From NCBI GenBank assembly GCA_024137785.1, contig JAHRHZ010000107.1, positions 248,001-312,000 on the forward strand: a stretch of 64,000 nt of DNA, written 5' to 3'. The stretch's first letter is position 1, and every line of letters begins with the position of its first letter. This stretch comes from Ginglymostoma cirratum (Eukaryota). Shown piece by piece: positions 63,225 to 64,000 of this stretch. Below the pieces are notes generated by a model that saw nothing but the letters and a program-made list of their open reading frames with translations, had not been told where the DNA came from and made no database searches. The translations under genes were made by a program, and so were the position numbers.

Positions 63225-64000
63225 TTAAGGAAGGCTTCTGGGTCCCACTTTACCATGGAGTATGCGTTTCCCAAAACAGAAATTTGTTCTACACTGAAAG
63301 GCTTGAGATCTGAAAATGTAGAGCAGTGGATTGAAAACAGTGTTAAGAGATGTGAAGGCCCAAGTATACGGTCGAATATAGCAAATGTACCACTTTATGG
63401 ATTCTCCCGAGATACCCAACAATTTCTTCAACACAAAATACAATTCAAAGAAGTGGAATGGAGCAAAACAGCAAAGGAGAAGAGCCAGAATGGCCAGAAT
63501 AGTTCTCAGAACCTTCTTCTTTATAACTCTCATGGATTCCTTCCCAGAACCGACTGCAACCAGTTTCTTAGCGGTTAAGGCATAGCAGGTCAATAGAATC
63601 AGGATTGGGACGAAAAATGCAAACAATTCGGGGCACAGTAGCACCACTAGATTCTCCTCCCAGAGAGCAATTTGAGCATTGCATGTTAGCGAATCGTGCA
63701 ACGGGCCTGTTGTAACGAAAAAGACCACCAGACTCTGCACGAACAAAGTAAACCAAGTTGCAGTCATCAGAATAACATAATATTGGGGCTTTCTCCACAC
63801 ATGAGCTTTGATGGCATGTACTACAGCGATGTATTGGTCAATAGCAATGCAGGTCATGAAGACTGGATTGCCATACAGGATGAATACATTCATGGTAATA
63901 GAGATATAACCAAGAAGCTGTCCTGAGATAAATGGTTCTATAATTTGCAAGTATAACACCGTGTCAGACATCATGATCAGAATGTTCATTATAGTTAAGT
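63225..64000 (-). CDS. Class A GPCR (GPR132/GPR65/GPR68- or P2Y-like), 5' end beyond the window
   Basis: Open frame to the window edge; TM2-TM7 with MTCIAIDQYIAVVH, FFVPILILLTCY, CCFAPFHF, SLNTVFNPLLYIF. Confidence 0.85.
   Translation of the reverse strand, partial: LTIMNILIMMSDTVLYLQIIEPFISGQLLGYISITMNVFILYGNPVFMTCIAIDQYIAVVHAIKAHVWRKPQYYVILMTATWFTLFVQSLVVFFVTTGPLHDSLTCNAQIALWEENLVVLLCPELFAFFVPILILLTCYALTAKKLVAVGSGKESMRVIKKKVLRTILAILALLLCCFAPFHFFELYFVLKKLLGISGESIKWYICYIRPYTWAFTSLNTVFNPLLYIFRSQAFQCRTNFCFGKRILHGKVGPRSLP

Overview
Eukaryotic (cartilaginous fish) genomic DNA, most likely an orectolobiform shark, given the IgNAR gene plus HE1 SINEs and CR1/HER1-type LINEs. It is not prokaryotic, so most entries in the six-frame ORF track are spurious or retroelement fragments. 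Genes: (i) the 3' end of an IgNAR heavy-chain cluster on + (C5/secretory exon 263-645, TM1 exon 8700-8857, TM2 exon 14663-14671), carrying several substitutions at invariant positions; (ii) a two-exon GPR139-like class A GPCR on - (47993-47924 joined to 45242-44341); (iii) a 5'-truncated GPR132/GPR65/P2Y-like GPCR on - at the right edge. Both GPCRs have Arg->Gln in the DRY motif. Much of the window is nested retroelements: many CR1 LINEs, a complete but decayed Gmr1-like Gypsy element (integrase before RT, 4-bp TSD), a solo LTR, a Rex1/Babar fragment, HE1 and Deu-type SINEs, and Penelope-like elements whose termini carry minimal hammerhead-ribozyme motifs, including a 241-bp palindromic insertion with a perfect 12-bp TSD. 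Manual translation of the 'unique' gaps suggests up to three heavily decayed LRR/TLR-like gene fossils on the - strand (low to moderate confidence). Repeat boundaries are approximate and family names come from recalled consensus motifs, not database searches.
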